A DNA stretch of 64,000 nt from the human T2T-CHM13v2.0 reference genome, Homo sapiens (GCF_009914755.1 NC_060927.1); one strand, 5' to 3'; counted from the first letter of the stretch, positions 23,204 through 37,150 are shown. Made by a program: numbers and translations. The notes: generated by a model not told the origin, from the letters alone.

Positions 23204-26200
23204 GCCATGTGGCTATGCAAACTTTTTATCTTAATATACTACCCTTCCTATACCAACCTTTCTACCCCACCTTCCCCATCTCCCACAGACATACCACGAA
23301 CTATTTATTCCTGACTACTCAGAGTTTTCCAGATCCACGATACACTTTCATTGCTTTCTGCCTCTGATTATGCTATTCTATTGCCTGGAATTTCATCCCC
23401 TATCCTTTCATGTGTCTGATAGACTCTTACTTTGACATAATTCAAATGCCCCGCCTCTCATGGAAAGCCTTCTCCTGTTGTCTCAGATCAGATTCTCCAT
23501 TCTTAGTATTGCACCCTACTTCATATATACTACTTCATCAGAACTTACCATGTAATATACTAATTATTCATGTACTTGTCTTCCCTGCTAGGTACTGAGT
23601 TTTTCATAGTTAGGAAATGCCATTCAGCTTCATACTACAATGGCCTCAAGTGCCCAGGTCTTATTGAATTAAATTGAATATAAGGTAAGCACCTTATAAG
23701 GTAAGCATTAAATATGTTTGAATAGGTGGTGGTGTCAAAAGCTAGATTCATACGATGCTCATCCAAGTTTGCAAAACTGTAACTCATATTTTTAATAACT
23801 TTTATTAAGAAATAGCTTATTCATATTTCCAGAAATTTCAGAAAATAAAGTTTAAGAATTGTATAAAGGGAACCATTTATTTTATTTCACAACGATTAGT
23901 TTAGTCATCCCAGCAGTATAACTGGAGTTCAGAGCCTCAAACTGGCTTAATATAGTTGGTTTCAGTGAATTAAGGAATAAAACTGTACTCTATTATCAAG
24001 GTACAATAACACTATGCACTGAAAAAGCACAGAGGAAGTAAAAGGTTAATTGGAATTTAAATCAAACCCCATTTTAGTTGACTAAATAAGTCTTTAATCA
24101 AAAGGTGGAAAGCAGCATTAAACACCGTAATAAATATGTGTTATCATCTGAGATCTTGGCTTGTAAAAGTATGATAAATCAAGAAGTGAACTTTATTAGA
24201 ATACAAACAATTTTACAGCATATAAGAACACAGCTAGCTGTGACATAGAAACAATCTGACTAAAGCACAATTTACAACATAATTTGAAATATAGCAGCCA
24301 CTGAGTAAAAGCATAAGTCATAAGCAATTTATCCAGCAGAATTAATGACAGTGTTAGCCCAAACCGATACAACTATGTAGACACCTTGGAGACCACCTCA
24401 AATTCTAAAACTTGTTTAGAACTGAAATCAAGTGCAAACCCTGATACAATCAAATGGTCATTGAATGACAATAAATATAGGTCATTCTGAAGTTTAATTT
24501 CTAAGTATGAGGTATTATTTGAAAATTTGTATTCAATCATTTATTTTTGTTATTGCATTAACATGAAAGTTACTGCATTATATTGTCAATAATTTGTTTC
24601 AAAGTCAGTAAAAAGAATTGCAAGCTGTCAACAATTGTAAGAGCTTGTGCCAGTCATACTGACAGAAGCAATTCACAGCCTTCTTTGATGAACACTCAAA
24701 GAATGTCCAAAATTGTCATGCCAGGAAATTCTATTTTCTCTGAACTTACAGTTTATCCCAGAAAATTGGTATTTCATTTCACTAGGATAAAAAAAACCTG
24801 CATCTGCACTCCACTGCTTTCTCACTCTGAGACACGTGACTCAGATGGTATCTCCATCCTGAGGAAGGCTTCAGGAAGAGATGAGGGAACATTAATGTTC
24901 TTTTTAAGCAGAAAGAAACAGAAGATTTACTTGTTTCCCTCTCAGAAAAGATCATCCTCCTAATTAGGTATTTCATCAACACTGTATTTCCCACAAATGT
25001 AAAATTCTGTATATTCTTTCAGTCCATCTATAAAGATAAAATTTCCCACAAAGCTGACAATCATTACCATTAAGTGACGCTTATGAAGTCCTAGATTCGC
25101 ATAACTGTGTGTGGAAAATTTATAATAAAATTTAAAGGCAGTGCTCTCCAGAATTACATTTACATATTCAACTTTTTTAATCACAGAAGGAATCATATCG
25201 AGATGATAACTCTGCAATTATCTGCACAGTTGCTGCGATCACCAACAAGAATAATACCTATGAATACACAGTGTGACCAAAATACTCAGAATTCAGTACC
25301 AGTAGTTTTATACTAAAGAGTGAGAAGACATTATCTGTCTTCGATTTGCCTGTAATTTATAGAAGAATGTGGTAATGAAGAAAGACTCAATCTAAGAAGC
25401 TCAGAATATGCTAGATTAAAACTCAGAAGAGCCTGGGTTCTTTAACCTCAGGCTTACTGTGTTCATGCTGTAGCCTTCATCTCCTTCCTTTGGGTTCAAC
25501 ATAATACTGACTTTGCTTCCTACTGATGATTTATATCCAAAGTCATGGTGACCAGTGTGTTATACAGTGGTATACAGTGCATACTGTATAATTTGAACCT
25601 ATGGCATTAGCAATTCCAACAAAAAGTGACTGCTGATTCCAGAATTCTGCCTTAAAAAGCTAAAAATGCACACACAATATAAGAAATGTCCCTTCTCCCC
25701 TGTAGTGTAAATGGCCAAGCTAGAGCCTAGAGAGCCTGTCAAGGAACTTACTATTGTTATAAAATGCCAGAGTTGCAATCAATAGTATCTTCTGACATTT
25801 CAGAAGAACAGCTCAGCAGCATTCACACCCAGGTTGGTCACGTTCCATGATGCCAAGAGTGAAACTGACAAAGGCAGCACTCACAAGCCAACGAGTTCAG
25901 CTGATGCTAGGCTTGCCATGCACAGTGGCAGGGCACTGACAGTTTCCACAGCTGCTTAGAGTCAGTGAAGGAAGGAGTATGAAAAAAAATGGAAGAAGGA
26001 ACTCCTCTCATCCTATTTTAGCTTATTAATTCTTGGCAGATAGTTTGACTTCCCACTTCTGCCTCTGCCTGAGAATTTCTAAGCTCTGAGCAGTGTCATT
26101 TTTCCTTGACTCTGATCTTCACATGGACAGCGAAGGATCTTAGGGGATTTGAGCCTCCCTAAATTAAGGTAATTTAAATTGCTACTAAACATATTACAGC

Positions 26201-28099
26201 GGAAAGGTATGAGCAAGTATATAAATATGCCTCTGATTGTTTTATTTTTGCCACAGGGAGATCTCAAAAAATTAAAATTATTCATGTAGAAACTTCATAA
26301 CAATGGAAGTTTTCCTGGAGAAAAGCAAGTATATACCTATGTTACACTTAAATCACCCCCAAACTACCCTTTTTTGCCAAATTGAAGAATAATAGATTTG
26401 AATTCAGTTATCCCAGAAGTAAACATGTTTCTTTAATTGCCTTCTTAAAAGTCTTATTAACATTTTATTGTAACACAGGTTGAACCTCATTTCTATGAAT
26501 ATTTCCTAATGAAAACTATGGCTCATGTAATTTCTTTTCTCTACTTCGTAGCAATTGATAATTGAGTTCAACATCTCCAACTATCTAGCAATTATTCTGC
26601 GGCCATACTTCATGTAGACAGTGCAGAGCAAGGTGGAAGGGGGTATTAGAAAGCATGGATCACTAATAGATCTGCTTTGGGAAATGTTTAAACCATTAAC
26701 CTCCAAACCTGTCACTCAAAAGAAAAATTGTCTCTCTGAAGGGTAATGACACACATGAAGCTCAAGAACACATTGGTCACCCAATCACCAGAATTGAAAA
26801 AGTAATCTAGTTTAATTCAAAATCCAACCAAAAATATCTGTGGGACCACATTGAGCAAGGCACTGCGAGGGACACAAAGGCAGAGGCTGTGTGCCTTAAT
26901 AAGCTCTCATAAATAACTCCAATGCAGGCTTCCAAGTGATTTAATTGGAGTGGAGAGGAAGCACTAAAAAAGTGAAAGATCATATTTTTTGGAACAACTA
27001 GAAAAATGGCATGGAGGATTTGACATTAGGAATAAAATTTAGCATAAAGAGTTTTTCTGGAAATTTGTTTATCCAGTCATTTTTCTCTCAAAAATAAACA
27101 TGAAGAGGAGGTAATTAATATGAATATAGTAAACTTTTTGTAGCTTTTATAAGCTTTGGGGCAAAGAGCAGGCAGAATGATTTAATTCTTATATTTGATC
27201 TTCCTCTTCCTGTATCTGCTACTAATTTACCTGGTATATACGGTGTTTTTTTTAATGTAGTTGAATATAATTAAATGTCTAAATATATTTTGACATAGTT
27301 ATGCTATAGAATATTATGCAGTAGCTTAAAAATAGATAAATTTATGTGTAGTTAGATGAATAAATTTCTAGAATATAAGTTGAATGAAAAAGTCAGTTGT
27401 AGAAAGTTGCACACAGTATATTTGCCAGAAACATTAAGGAGAATTATAACTTATTAAGTTCTATTTATCTAAATTCTAAGCCCATAAAACTCAATTCACT
27501 TGAACCTCTAGGTAATAACTTTGAAAACTTGGTGTAGGCCAGTGCAAGAAAGACATTCATGTTTTAAGTTTTTAAGATAGATTCAACTTCAGGAATGGTA
27601 TAGCTCTGAAAAATAGTCAACAATTATATAGAGGGACAAGGACTTGAGGATGGTGGTGTTGTTTAATCACTCTCTCTCTCTGTACAGTATCTAGGAGTGG
27701 CCTGGAAGGCAGGGGCTGTTCCAGCTCTGCACTGGGCTTTCAGCTCTGCTACCACCAGGCACTCTATAGGACCTTGGCAATGCTCATAGCCAAAGCTCTT
27801 GTCTTGAATGCTTCTCTGTTTCATTCCCACAACTTGTGAATCCACTGGCCATCATGTGCCCAAAATATGTCTTATTAAATAAAATCAAAAGCTACTAATA
27901 TCAAGCAGCAGGGAAAGAGAACGATTAAAAATACACTTACAGACAAGCATTTACCAACTATATTCTACAGACTACTAGCCCTGGGGGATTCTCCATTCAG
28001 AAAAGAGGTCAATGTTTAGAAACCCGCAAGAAACCATAAGCTTGTATGAGAGAGTCACAATTCACAATAATATATTTACACATATTAAACATTCTGAGA

Positions 28100-29468
28100 A
28101 GTCACGTAGCAACAGATTCTGTGAGCATTGTTTAATGTTTCTCTCTTTAAGCTCCAGTCCCATCTGTCTCTTCAACACATCCAAAGGCATCCAAAACTTC
28201 ATGTGAGAGAATCTGAACTTATGGGTTACGGCCCCAACCTGATGCTCCTCTTGTGACTCTTAAAGTGAGCAAGCCATTCATCTAGTTGTGCAGGTCACAC
28301 TAGTTTAAGCCACAAAGTTTAATCCCTCTTTCTCTCACCTTATATATACAGTCCAACACCAAATCCTGTTAATTCTACACATACGAAAAGTCTCCCAATT
28401 TTGTAAATTTTTCTTGTTCTCTGCCATTCCCACTGTCATACGTACTACCACTATCTCGTACCTGAACCACTGCTGTGGTCCCTTACCCAGAACTCCCATA
28501 TCCATTACAGTTTCCTGTATCAGTCTTCTCAGGCTACCGTAACAAAATACCACAGACTGGGCGGCTTAAACAACAGAAATTCATTTTCTCACAGCTCTGG
28601 AGCCTAGAAGTCCAAGATCAAGGTGCCAGCAAGCTTGGTTTCTAGTCAGGCCTCTCTTCTTGGCTTGCAAACAGCCACCTCATTTCTGTGTCCTCACATG
28701 GCCTATTCTATGTGGATGTTACAGGTGCAGGGTAGGGAAAGAGGGAAAGGGAGAGGAAGAGAAAGATCTCACAACCTCACACGCTGGTGTTTCTTCCTCT
28801 TCTTATACAGGCATGAGTCCTATCCGATTAAGACCCTTCCTCTTACTTCACTTAACTTTTATTACCATCATATAGTCCCTATCTCCAAATAGTCACATTG
28901 GGGTTTGGGTCCTCAGCATATGAATTGTGTGTGGACACAATTCAGTCCATAACACCCATGTCTACTCTAATCTCCATACTGCGGCCAAAATGTTACTTTA
29001 AAATGAAAATTTGATCATGTCACTCTCTTTCAAAAATGGTCTTTAATACAACCATAGACATTTTGCTCATACGGGCCTCCACTTATCCTCCCTGTGTGTG
29101 CTTCTGGTACACTTAAACTTCTTCAAATTCCTCACACTTCATGATTCCATTCATCTCAAGTCCTTTGTATGTACTCGTCCATTTCTGCATTGCTCTGCCT
29201 TCCCTCTTCTCCTGGGAAGCCTTCTCTAGACCCCAAATAATCCAAACCTACACAAGATCCTCCTCAAATAGTCTGCCATAACATTCTATACATTTCATGT
29301 ACTTTCATCTCATTTTGATTATATATTTGTGTAATTAGTTGATTAACGTCTGTGTTTATTACCGGACCATAAGCAACATGAAGGCAGCAATGATATTAAT
29401 TTGTTTATCATTATATCTACAGCATCTTGTACTGTATTCACCAGATAATAGATAATAAATATTTGTTC
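28100..29468 (+). mobile_element. L2 3' portion (interrupted by MLT1)
   Basis: L2-like body ending in an L2 tail-like taataaatatttgttc. Confidence 0.55.
28516..28954 (-). mobile_element. MaLR solo LTR (MLT1A/B-like)
   Basis: TG...CA ends; taacaaaataccacagactgggcggcttaaacaacagaaatt; cacaattcagtccataaca. Confidence 0.85.
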
Positions 29469-29469
29469 A

Positions 29470-30127
29470 AATCCCATTAAAAAGTGGTCAAAGGACATGC
29501 ACAGACACTTTTCAAAAGAAGACATACATGTGCCCGATGAGTATATGATAAAAAGTTCAACGTTACTGATCATTAGAGAAATGCGAATCAAAACCACGAT
29601 GAGATACCACCTCACACTAGTCAAAATGGGTATTAGTAAAAAGTCCAAAACTTACAGATGTCTGGTGAGGTTGCAGAGCAAAAGGAATGCTTATACACTG
29701 TTGTTGAGAGTGTAAATTAGTTCATCCATTGCAGAAGACAGTGTGACAATTCCTCAAAGACCTAAAAACAGAAATACCATTTGACCCAGCAATCCCATTC
29801 TTGGGTATATCCCAAAGGAATAGAAATTGTTCTGTCATAAAGACACATGCATGCATATGTTCATTGCAGCGCTATTCACAAGAGCAAAGACATGGAATCA
29901 ACCTAAATACCCATCAGTGGCAGAGTGGATAAAGAAAATGTGGTACATATGCACCATGGAATACTATATAGCCATAAAAAATAATGAGATCATGTCCTTT
30001 GAAGGGACGTGGATGGATGTGGAGCCCATTATTCTTAGCAAACTAATGCAGGAATAGAAAACCAAATACCACATGTTCTCACTTGTAAGTGGGAGCTAAA
30101 TGATGAGAACACATGAACATTAGAGGG
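29470..30127 (+). mobile_element. L1PA (PA10-13-like) fragment, truncated at both ends
   Basis: aatcccattaaaaagtgg through gggagctaaatgatgagaacacatgaac; no distal 3'UTR or poly(A). Confidence 0.88.
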
Positions 30128-32739
30128 TATATCCTGGCAAATACATGCATAGGAAATTTTCCTCAAATCTAGGATCCAGAAGGTCACATATCTGTGAAAA
30201 TGAATAAACAGAAAGCAGAATTCTGATTAGGGGAGTTTTAGACAGATTCTGAAAAAAACTTCAGATGGATTTTGATGGGAGCTCTCTTTTTCTTTCTCTT
30301 ATATCAATTGGTGACTCCGTGATCAGAATCAAAGTCCTGTTTCTCAGGTACAGGGACACATATATGTGTGGTTCAAAATTAGTTATATGTTTTTGCCTCT
30401 AATAATAAATTATTTTATCACCTGATTGTAATAAGTGTGTGTATGTGTGGTTACGGCGGATGACGGTGATGTGTGTATTTGTCTGGCTCCACGTGCAAAA
30501 CAAACAAACAAACAAAAAAAAAAAAACATGCCTCTTATTGCGGTAGGGAAACTACAAACAAAAGATTTTCTGGAAATTATAATTTCTGCTACGTTCGAAG
30601 GTCCTGACAACTCTGAGACATTATGATTATACTTTTTCATATTTAAGAATTAACACCTAAAATAGATAGGTGATACCTTGAGATCCAAGAGAAGTATCAC
30701 CAAGGTTGCCTTTGGTTGACAAATATACTAGAAGATCTATTCTCACAAATGGCATGAAGGGTGAAGGTGCTATCACTAATACCGGTAAATCGAGTTGCCT
30801 GATTGTCTAATTCCATAATGCTAATATAAATTCTGTTTTTCATAATTACCTAGGGATTCACATAAAAGATAATAGGAAAAAAATATAGGCAAAAATCAAT
30901 GTAAATTTTAAGTCGTTTGTACCAACTCATGTTATGTTGCTGTCCCATACTGAATCGGATGGTGGAGAGGTCTGGAACTCAAGATCATAAAACCTCATTA
31001 ATTTGTTTTTCCAAACTCAGGATAATTTGTATTCAGTTGATTATAAAGTTTGCTTTTATATAATCCATCAGAAAATGGCTTGCTAAGCAAATGAATATCA
31101 TATACAAGATTACAGACATAATGTTTATCCTTCTTAAGTCAAACTGTTCAAGTACTTAAAATCATTTGCATATAAGCAATTACTGGGCTCAATACAAGAG
31201 ATGCTTATGTATTCGTTAGAGAAATTCCTGTGGGACCTACTTGGCAAGGCTTTGGGTGTGATTAAACATAAATTATATTATTCACAAATGATTGAATACA
31301 AGCAGCACACATTTAGAAAAGTTCTGTTTATTAATAGCAGGTTATTTCATTTATCTTTCTTTCTAACTTCCTCATGTGTAGATGCAGATTTACATCAGAT
31401 ACAATATGTTCCATATATTTTTGACAAATAAATTTCCATTTTCTCTACATATTCCTCAACTTGGAATTTTCAGAAATTCTTACTGGCCTTTTCCTATTTA
31501 TTTTCAACTAGTCTTCCAATGAATGCAACCACCACAGGAGTCTGAGACAAAACAAGCACTTCAGAAGCACCTGCAAGAGAATGGATCCTCACTCAGGACC
31601 CACCTCTTCAATCATAAGTCTGGCCAGCTGGGTAATGAGTCCAATAATTCCAATGGGGCCTCATTTGCAATGGGAAGACCCTGTAAGCCAGATGTCCATG
31701 GAAAGTGTCATCTACCTTATTCCAAACAGTGCCTTAAATGAAAGACCTTGGATGCTTCATATAACTTAAACTTTAATGACAAATCCTCAGTGTATTCTAA
31801 TTATAGAAGAGAAATGACAGGCATGAAAAGACATGGCCAAGACTGGCAGGAAAATCAGAGAAGGTCTGGAAAGAAAAGCAGCAGAAAATGGGCCTATATC
31901 AAACTAGGCAAATGGCAAAGCAGCTATTGGGCATTTTAGTTTCTGCAATGATGTATATTTTGATATATTTTGTCTCCCTAAAATAAAAACTTTGCTGCAG
32001 TCTATAATATGCATACAAAAAATCCAAGCCCCATGAGGATGGGTTTTTATGTCAGAAAAGGGAAGTGATTCAATGAAAACTGTATCATAAATAGAATTAT
32101 GGGAATATCTTGCAAGTTATAAATGCAAGTATTATCATCATTATCCAGAGGGTATTCAATCAATGCCTGCTGATAAAGAATTCTTAAGCGTTCACTAAAC
32201 TTTTAATGCCTTTCTTGTCACTTATCACTGACAGATGCCATGGGGCATTTTATATAGGATTTAATAAAGTCAATGCTCATCAAAAAATCAATTAAAATGA
32301 AAGCTGCCTGTAGGCCAACTTCTTCCCTAGGTGACAAGGACAGCATGTTCTCCTGATACCAACTTTACCTCCATGTTGATCAAGCAATTCTCAGAAGTTG
32401 TGGGTAACTCAGGATATCCATGACCACCACACAACACTAGATAGATCTTCCAGAGTCCTAAACTATCTCTCATACAGCTAGCCGTCCCTCCCCCTTTCCC
32501 CAAAACATATTGGGAGAGTAATGACAATGCTGGTGTTTTAAGGGAAAAATAATATTTTGGGGTTTTTTTAACTGAAGAATTATACCCAAACTATGTATAC
32601 AAATGGCATCCAGAGGAAACAATAAAATACTACATTCTCAGTCAGAATGTTCATTGCTAACAAACAACAAAAAAGTGGAGGAGCTTAGGCAACGCTGGTG
32701 TACTGATGTGAGTGTAAATCATCATTGCAGGTTATGGGC

Positions 32740-32990
32740 CCCTCAACTAATATTTGTGTAGCACTTGACATTGACAAAACACTGTTACATAATTATCACA
32801 TTTGAAATCAAAGCAAATCTATAAAGTTGCATTTTACTATTATCACTAATTTATACACAATGAAATGGAAACTGAAAGAGGGTCTATGACTTATTCAAGC
32901 CTATGAAGCCAAGCAGAGGCAAAGCTGGGCTCAAACCCAGTCCTTCTGCCTCCAGGTACTCTGCTTCCCTTCTCCATCCAAGCTGTCTCT
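32740..32990 (-). mobile_element. MIR
   Basis: Core-like atgaaatggaaactgaaagagggtctatgactt...ctgggctcaaacccagtcc. Confidence 0.55.
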
Positions 32991-33249
32991 GTAGATTTCC
33001 ACTGGACTGGAGAAACTGTCAAATACTTTCAGGCCCTGCGCAAGTTCGGTGCTTTTCAGAATAAAGAATTTAATGCTGTCAGAATGCTGTGCTGAGAATT
33101 TGGAGTGGGTCCGCTCAGCAGGTGAATGTCGGCAGTGAGGCCTTCTCATTGGGCTCAGTTTCTCTGCATGGACATCAAAAATGTCCATTTTATCTAGAAC
33201 TCTTAGCAGTATAGGGCCTATATTTAAAATAAAAAATGTTCTTCTCCTC

Positions 33250-33388
33250 TAGGCCTGGTTCAAGTGCTGAACTTGCAGCAATGTGGAATCTGAGTCTCCA
33301 CCCCAGAACTATTAAATTAGAACCTGCAATTTTCACAAGGTCCTTCGGTGATCCATGTGCCCATTAAAAGTTTAAGAAGCATCACTCT
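33250..33388. mobile_element. MER5-like hAT-Charlie MITE fragment
   Basis: ctccaccccagaactattaaattagaacctgcaattttcacaagg...aaagtttaagaagcatcact. Confidence 0.6.
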
Positions 33389-36300
33389 CACTGGAAATTG
33401 TATTCTAGTAGATTATGGATCCTAACACTATCAGAAGTTTGGGACTATGAGTCAAATATCACCCGCTGATATGCTATGGTCATTAGATGCCCCTCTAGAT
33501 TCGCCATATTCATTTTACACTACATATATATCAGTATGTTTCCCTCTCAAAGGAATAAGAGGAACACAGTGGTTAGCCAGAACAAATAAAAGACAAGCAG
33601 AGCTGAAGCTAGGTGACTTGATGTTTTCTGCAATAGAATGTTGAAGAGAGAGTATTACAGAATTGGCAGAGTATTTTAATATAAGTATCTTTTTTTTTTT
33701 CAGAAATAATCGTCTCTTAACTAATCCTTTCGTGAGCAAAGGAATGAAATACCACATGATGGTATCAGTTTTATTTAGTCCTGAAAAGAAGCATGGGATT
33801 ATCTGTAAGCACCAACAAAACATACTATGCAAGTTATCTGGAAGCTTCAGTGCACACTGATAACTCTGCCCCTGGACTTACTTTAGAGATGCTATATATC
33901 TCATTATGACATGCTTTTTAGATGATGTGTATTATTCTGAAATGATAAGTTGCCTTTACAAAACAAATGTCAGCAGCCTGTATCAGGTTTCAAAAGTTTC
34001 CATCAATAACATATAACTAGAAGTTGGCAGTAGTTTTGGAGATTTGCTTTCCGAATCCCAGGATTGTGGAGTTGGGAGTGAAGTAGAAACCTCTCATTGC
34101 AAGGAGGACATGAATAACTAGGTAGAGCATCAAGCCCAGATCAGCATGTCTTTAGAAACTGATAAAAGCTGGTGTCCACGTTAAATTGAACATCAACAAA
34201 CTGGAAGGCCAAAAAGGAAGAGTGTTGCAGTTAACTGTCTATGACTGTGACGACTAGACCCCGATGATGTTCCACTTGGCATCTTAGTCCATTTTCTTAG
34301 CAACAACTGAAATCTATTCTAACTCTACAAGGTCACCATGTAAACAGTATGGCCCAAACAACAACAACAACAAATCCTCCTTAAATTACAAGATAAAAGC
34401 TCCTTCAGAGAAAATTAAGCAGATATGAAAAAAAAAAGTTCCAGCAAGAAGTTCTGCTTTTTAATTAATAAATGTTAGTTTAAAGATTTTGAATTAATGA
34501 TCAATGAATGAATGGAGGCAGTAACTGTTACTACTCCCAGCCAAGTTTTCTAACTAGAGCCCTCTTCTCTGCTAAAATGTTGAGGGTGTTTTGCTTTGCT
34601 GTGATCCCCTTCCACAGCAGCAATGAGGTTCATCAAAGTCAATAACATGGAAAAATTGTTATCTTCCAAGCATTTCTGCTGAGATGAGTAGCGTACACAG
34701 AATGAATGATATTTTTAAAATTGTAGCCAGTTGTACAGAACTGAAATGGAATCTGTAATACAGAAAATTGAAAAGTAAATTTATAATTGTCATAAAACTC
34801 CCAACAGTGCAGCAAAGCATGTGCCCTGGAAGAAACAAAGCTTTTCCTGTAATTGAAGGAAGGATCACAAGCCAGGGCACAAAAATGGATCTTTATGCAG
34901 CAAGGAGAGAAGTATTGGTGAAACCATATTCTGTAGAGGCACATTCACACACAACTATCAAGGTCACCAACAATGATATTATCTTAGAAAATGTGAGATC
35001 TGCATCTATGTACACACATACATTTCAAAACTCCATGTAAATTTTCCAAGGAACAGCACAAAAGTGAGGATGAGGAAACTGTTAATATTAAGAAACATTT
35101 ACAGAGAATCTGCTAGCATAAAACACTCAGGAATATCAGTGATAGAAGTAAGATATCTGCATTAGCTATAAAAGCAACCATATTCATGAGTACTTTATGT
35201 TCCATTTAAATCACTTTTGAAATTACATTTTCTTGGAGGAAATGATCTCCTCATCACCTCTTATGCATTTTCACATGAATCCAGTTATATCGGTCACAGG
35301 ATATTCCTTGTTAAATAAAAAATAATTAGTTCCTTTTCTAAAATGGATGCAATAATTCAAAAGAATAGTAGCCCTCATCTCTTGGGGGAGAAAATGAATT
35401 AGCAAAAGTAAAGTCTCTCAGAACTTTCAACACCAGATATCATGAATGTGGTGGCCTTTTGTAAGAGGTTAGAGTTGAAATGAGAGATGAAGCTGACCTG
35501 AATTTACCAGAAAGAAGAAATCAGAGCACTGAGTGTTTCCATATTCCAAAGCAGAACAATTATGAAGGAAATAAATTATGATAAGACGCATAGCTCTGGT
35601 GCAAGCACATAAAAGCATAAAGAATTACCAAATTAGAGCAAGTTCATGATTCATCCAGGACAGTATTCAGACTCTAAAAGCGTTAACTAGTAAATGCATA
35701 CTTGCTGACCTGAAAAAAAAACTAAACTCCTACCCCTAAAATTGTGCATTGTGTATTTATCTCAGTTAGCAGAAGTCTTGTGCTAAAGTTAATCCCCAAT
35801 GCAGAATCTTTTGTCACAGCAAACAGTTTTGTAAAGAAAATTGTTTGTAAATCTATTAGCAGTAGATCCAAGGTTTAGAAAATATTCAAACTCATAGCCA
35901 AAATATAAAATATATCTTTTTTCATGTTATGAAATGTTATAAAGGCATAGAAAAGGAAAAAAGGGAAGACAGGTAGGGAAAAGGAAGGGAAGAAGGAGGC
36001 AAAAATAAGAGGCATTGCTGAGTTTTCTAGTGCTCCCTGAATTTCTAAATTAAATTCAAAAGTAAAAGTTTCCAAAATAATGTCAGCCAGTGATTGTTAA
36101 TAAAAGAGAAATCGTTCCTATTAGTCAGCTTATTATTTTTTCTAAGTTTAATTCTACTGCTCAGAAGTGTAGCCACAGAAGACATAAATTTGAAATGAAA
36201 ATAATGCCTTTATTAGCTGTATAAAGGTGAAGCACATTACAGCAAGAAGAGATGACATTGCTGAAAGGAGTAACTTTGAAGTGATAAGGAAAAATGAACA

Positions 36301-36919
36301 GGGGAGGAGAAGAAAAGAATTGGAAGAAATGGAGCAGGAAGAACATTATTTCGTGTAAATTAAAATTAAATGTAAAAGGATGACAGTAGCTCTGATCTTG
36401 TCAGGCTGAGGTATTTTCATGGCAGACTGTAATAGGAGAATTATAAGTAATTTTCAAACCACAGGTCTGCAAGCATGCATACCTTTTCTCTCTTATGATT
36501 GTTGATCAGGATTTTTTCACAGAGAAAAATAAATTCTAAAGTATCAGTTTCATAAATCCCTGCCCAAATCGGGAGCTGTTTGGTCCCTGTCAATGACAGA
36601 CAGTCCCATGCAAGCCACAGGCAACATTCAGCCATGACTATTTTGTTGTTGGTGGCGGTCTCACTTGATACTACTCCTCCTGAAGCCCCTCTCTCAGACA
36701 GAATACAGATTGCTCTCCTTTCCAAGGTGTCTCTCTGATTTACCTATTGTACCCTGCCCCCTTCCCTGCCCAGTTTGAAGCCCTTGGGTCTCTACATCCC
36801 ATGCTGTTGCCCTCTCACCAGGGGGTTGTCAATGTCATGCCAAGATCTCTCCCCCACCTTCCAACTCACCTTCTCTAGGTCCACATGGACAATGCTCTTG
36901 AATCTGTCTCCTCTCTTCT

Positions 36920-37150
36920 AATAATCACTAACACATAATGCTTGCTATGTGCCAGGCATATTTATATATATCAATATATTTAAAATATTTATCCTCAAAA
37001 CCACCCTATGTGGTTGGTATAGTTATGACCCTCACTTTATCAGTGAAGAACCTGAGCACAGAGAGAGTAAGTGGCTTGTCCAAGTCACACAACTGGGAAG
37101 GGATCTGAATTCAGAAAAGTCTGGCCCCATAATCCTCTCTCCTAACAATG
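36920..37150 (-). mobile_element. MIR
   Basis: tatgtgccaggc...gaagaacctgagcacagagagagtaagtggcttgtccaagtcacac. Confidence 0.75.

Noticed and set aside
24583-24963. 126-aa ORF
   Set aside because: Non-ATG start, no recognisable domain, composition typical of AT-rich chance ORFs.
25520-25640. C/D-box snoRNA-like TGATGA...CTGA and hairpin TATACAGT-GCAT-ACTGTATA
   Set aside because: No terminal stem or recognisable guide sequence; an 8-bp stem is expected by chance.
32860-32880. ISRE-like GAAATGGAAACTGAAA
   Set aside because: It is a degenerate MIR core (GAGGAAACTGAG).
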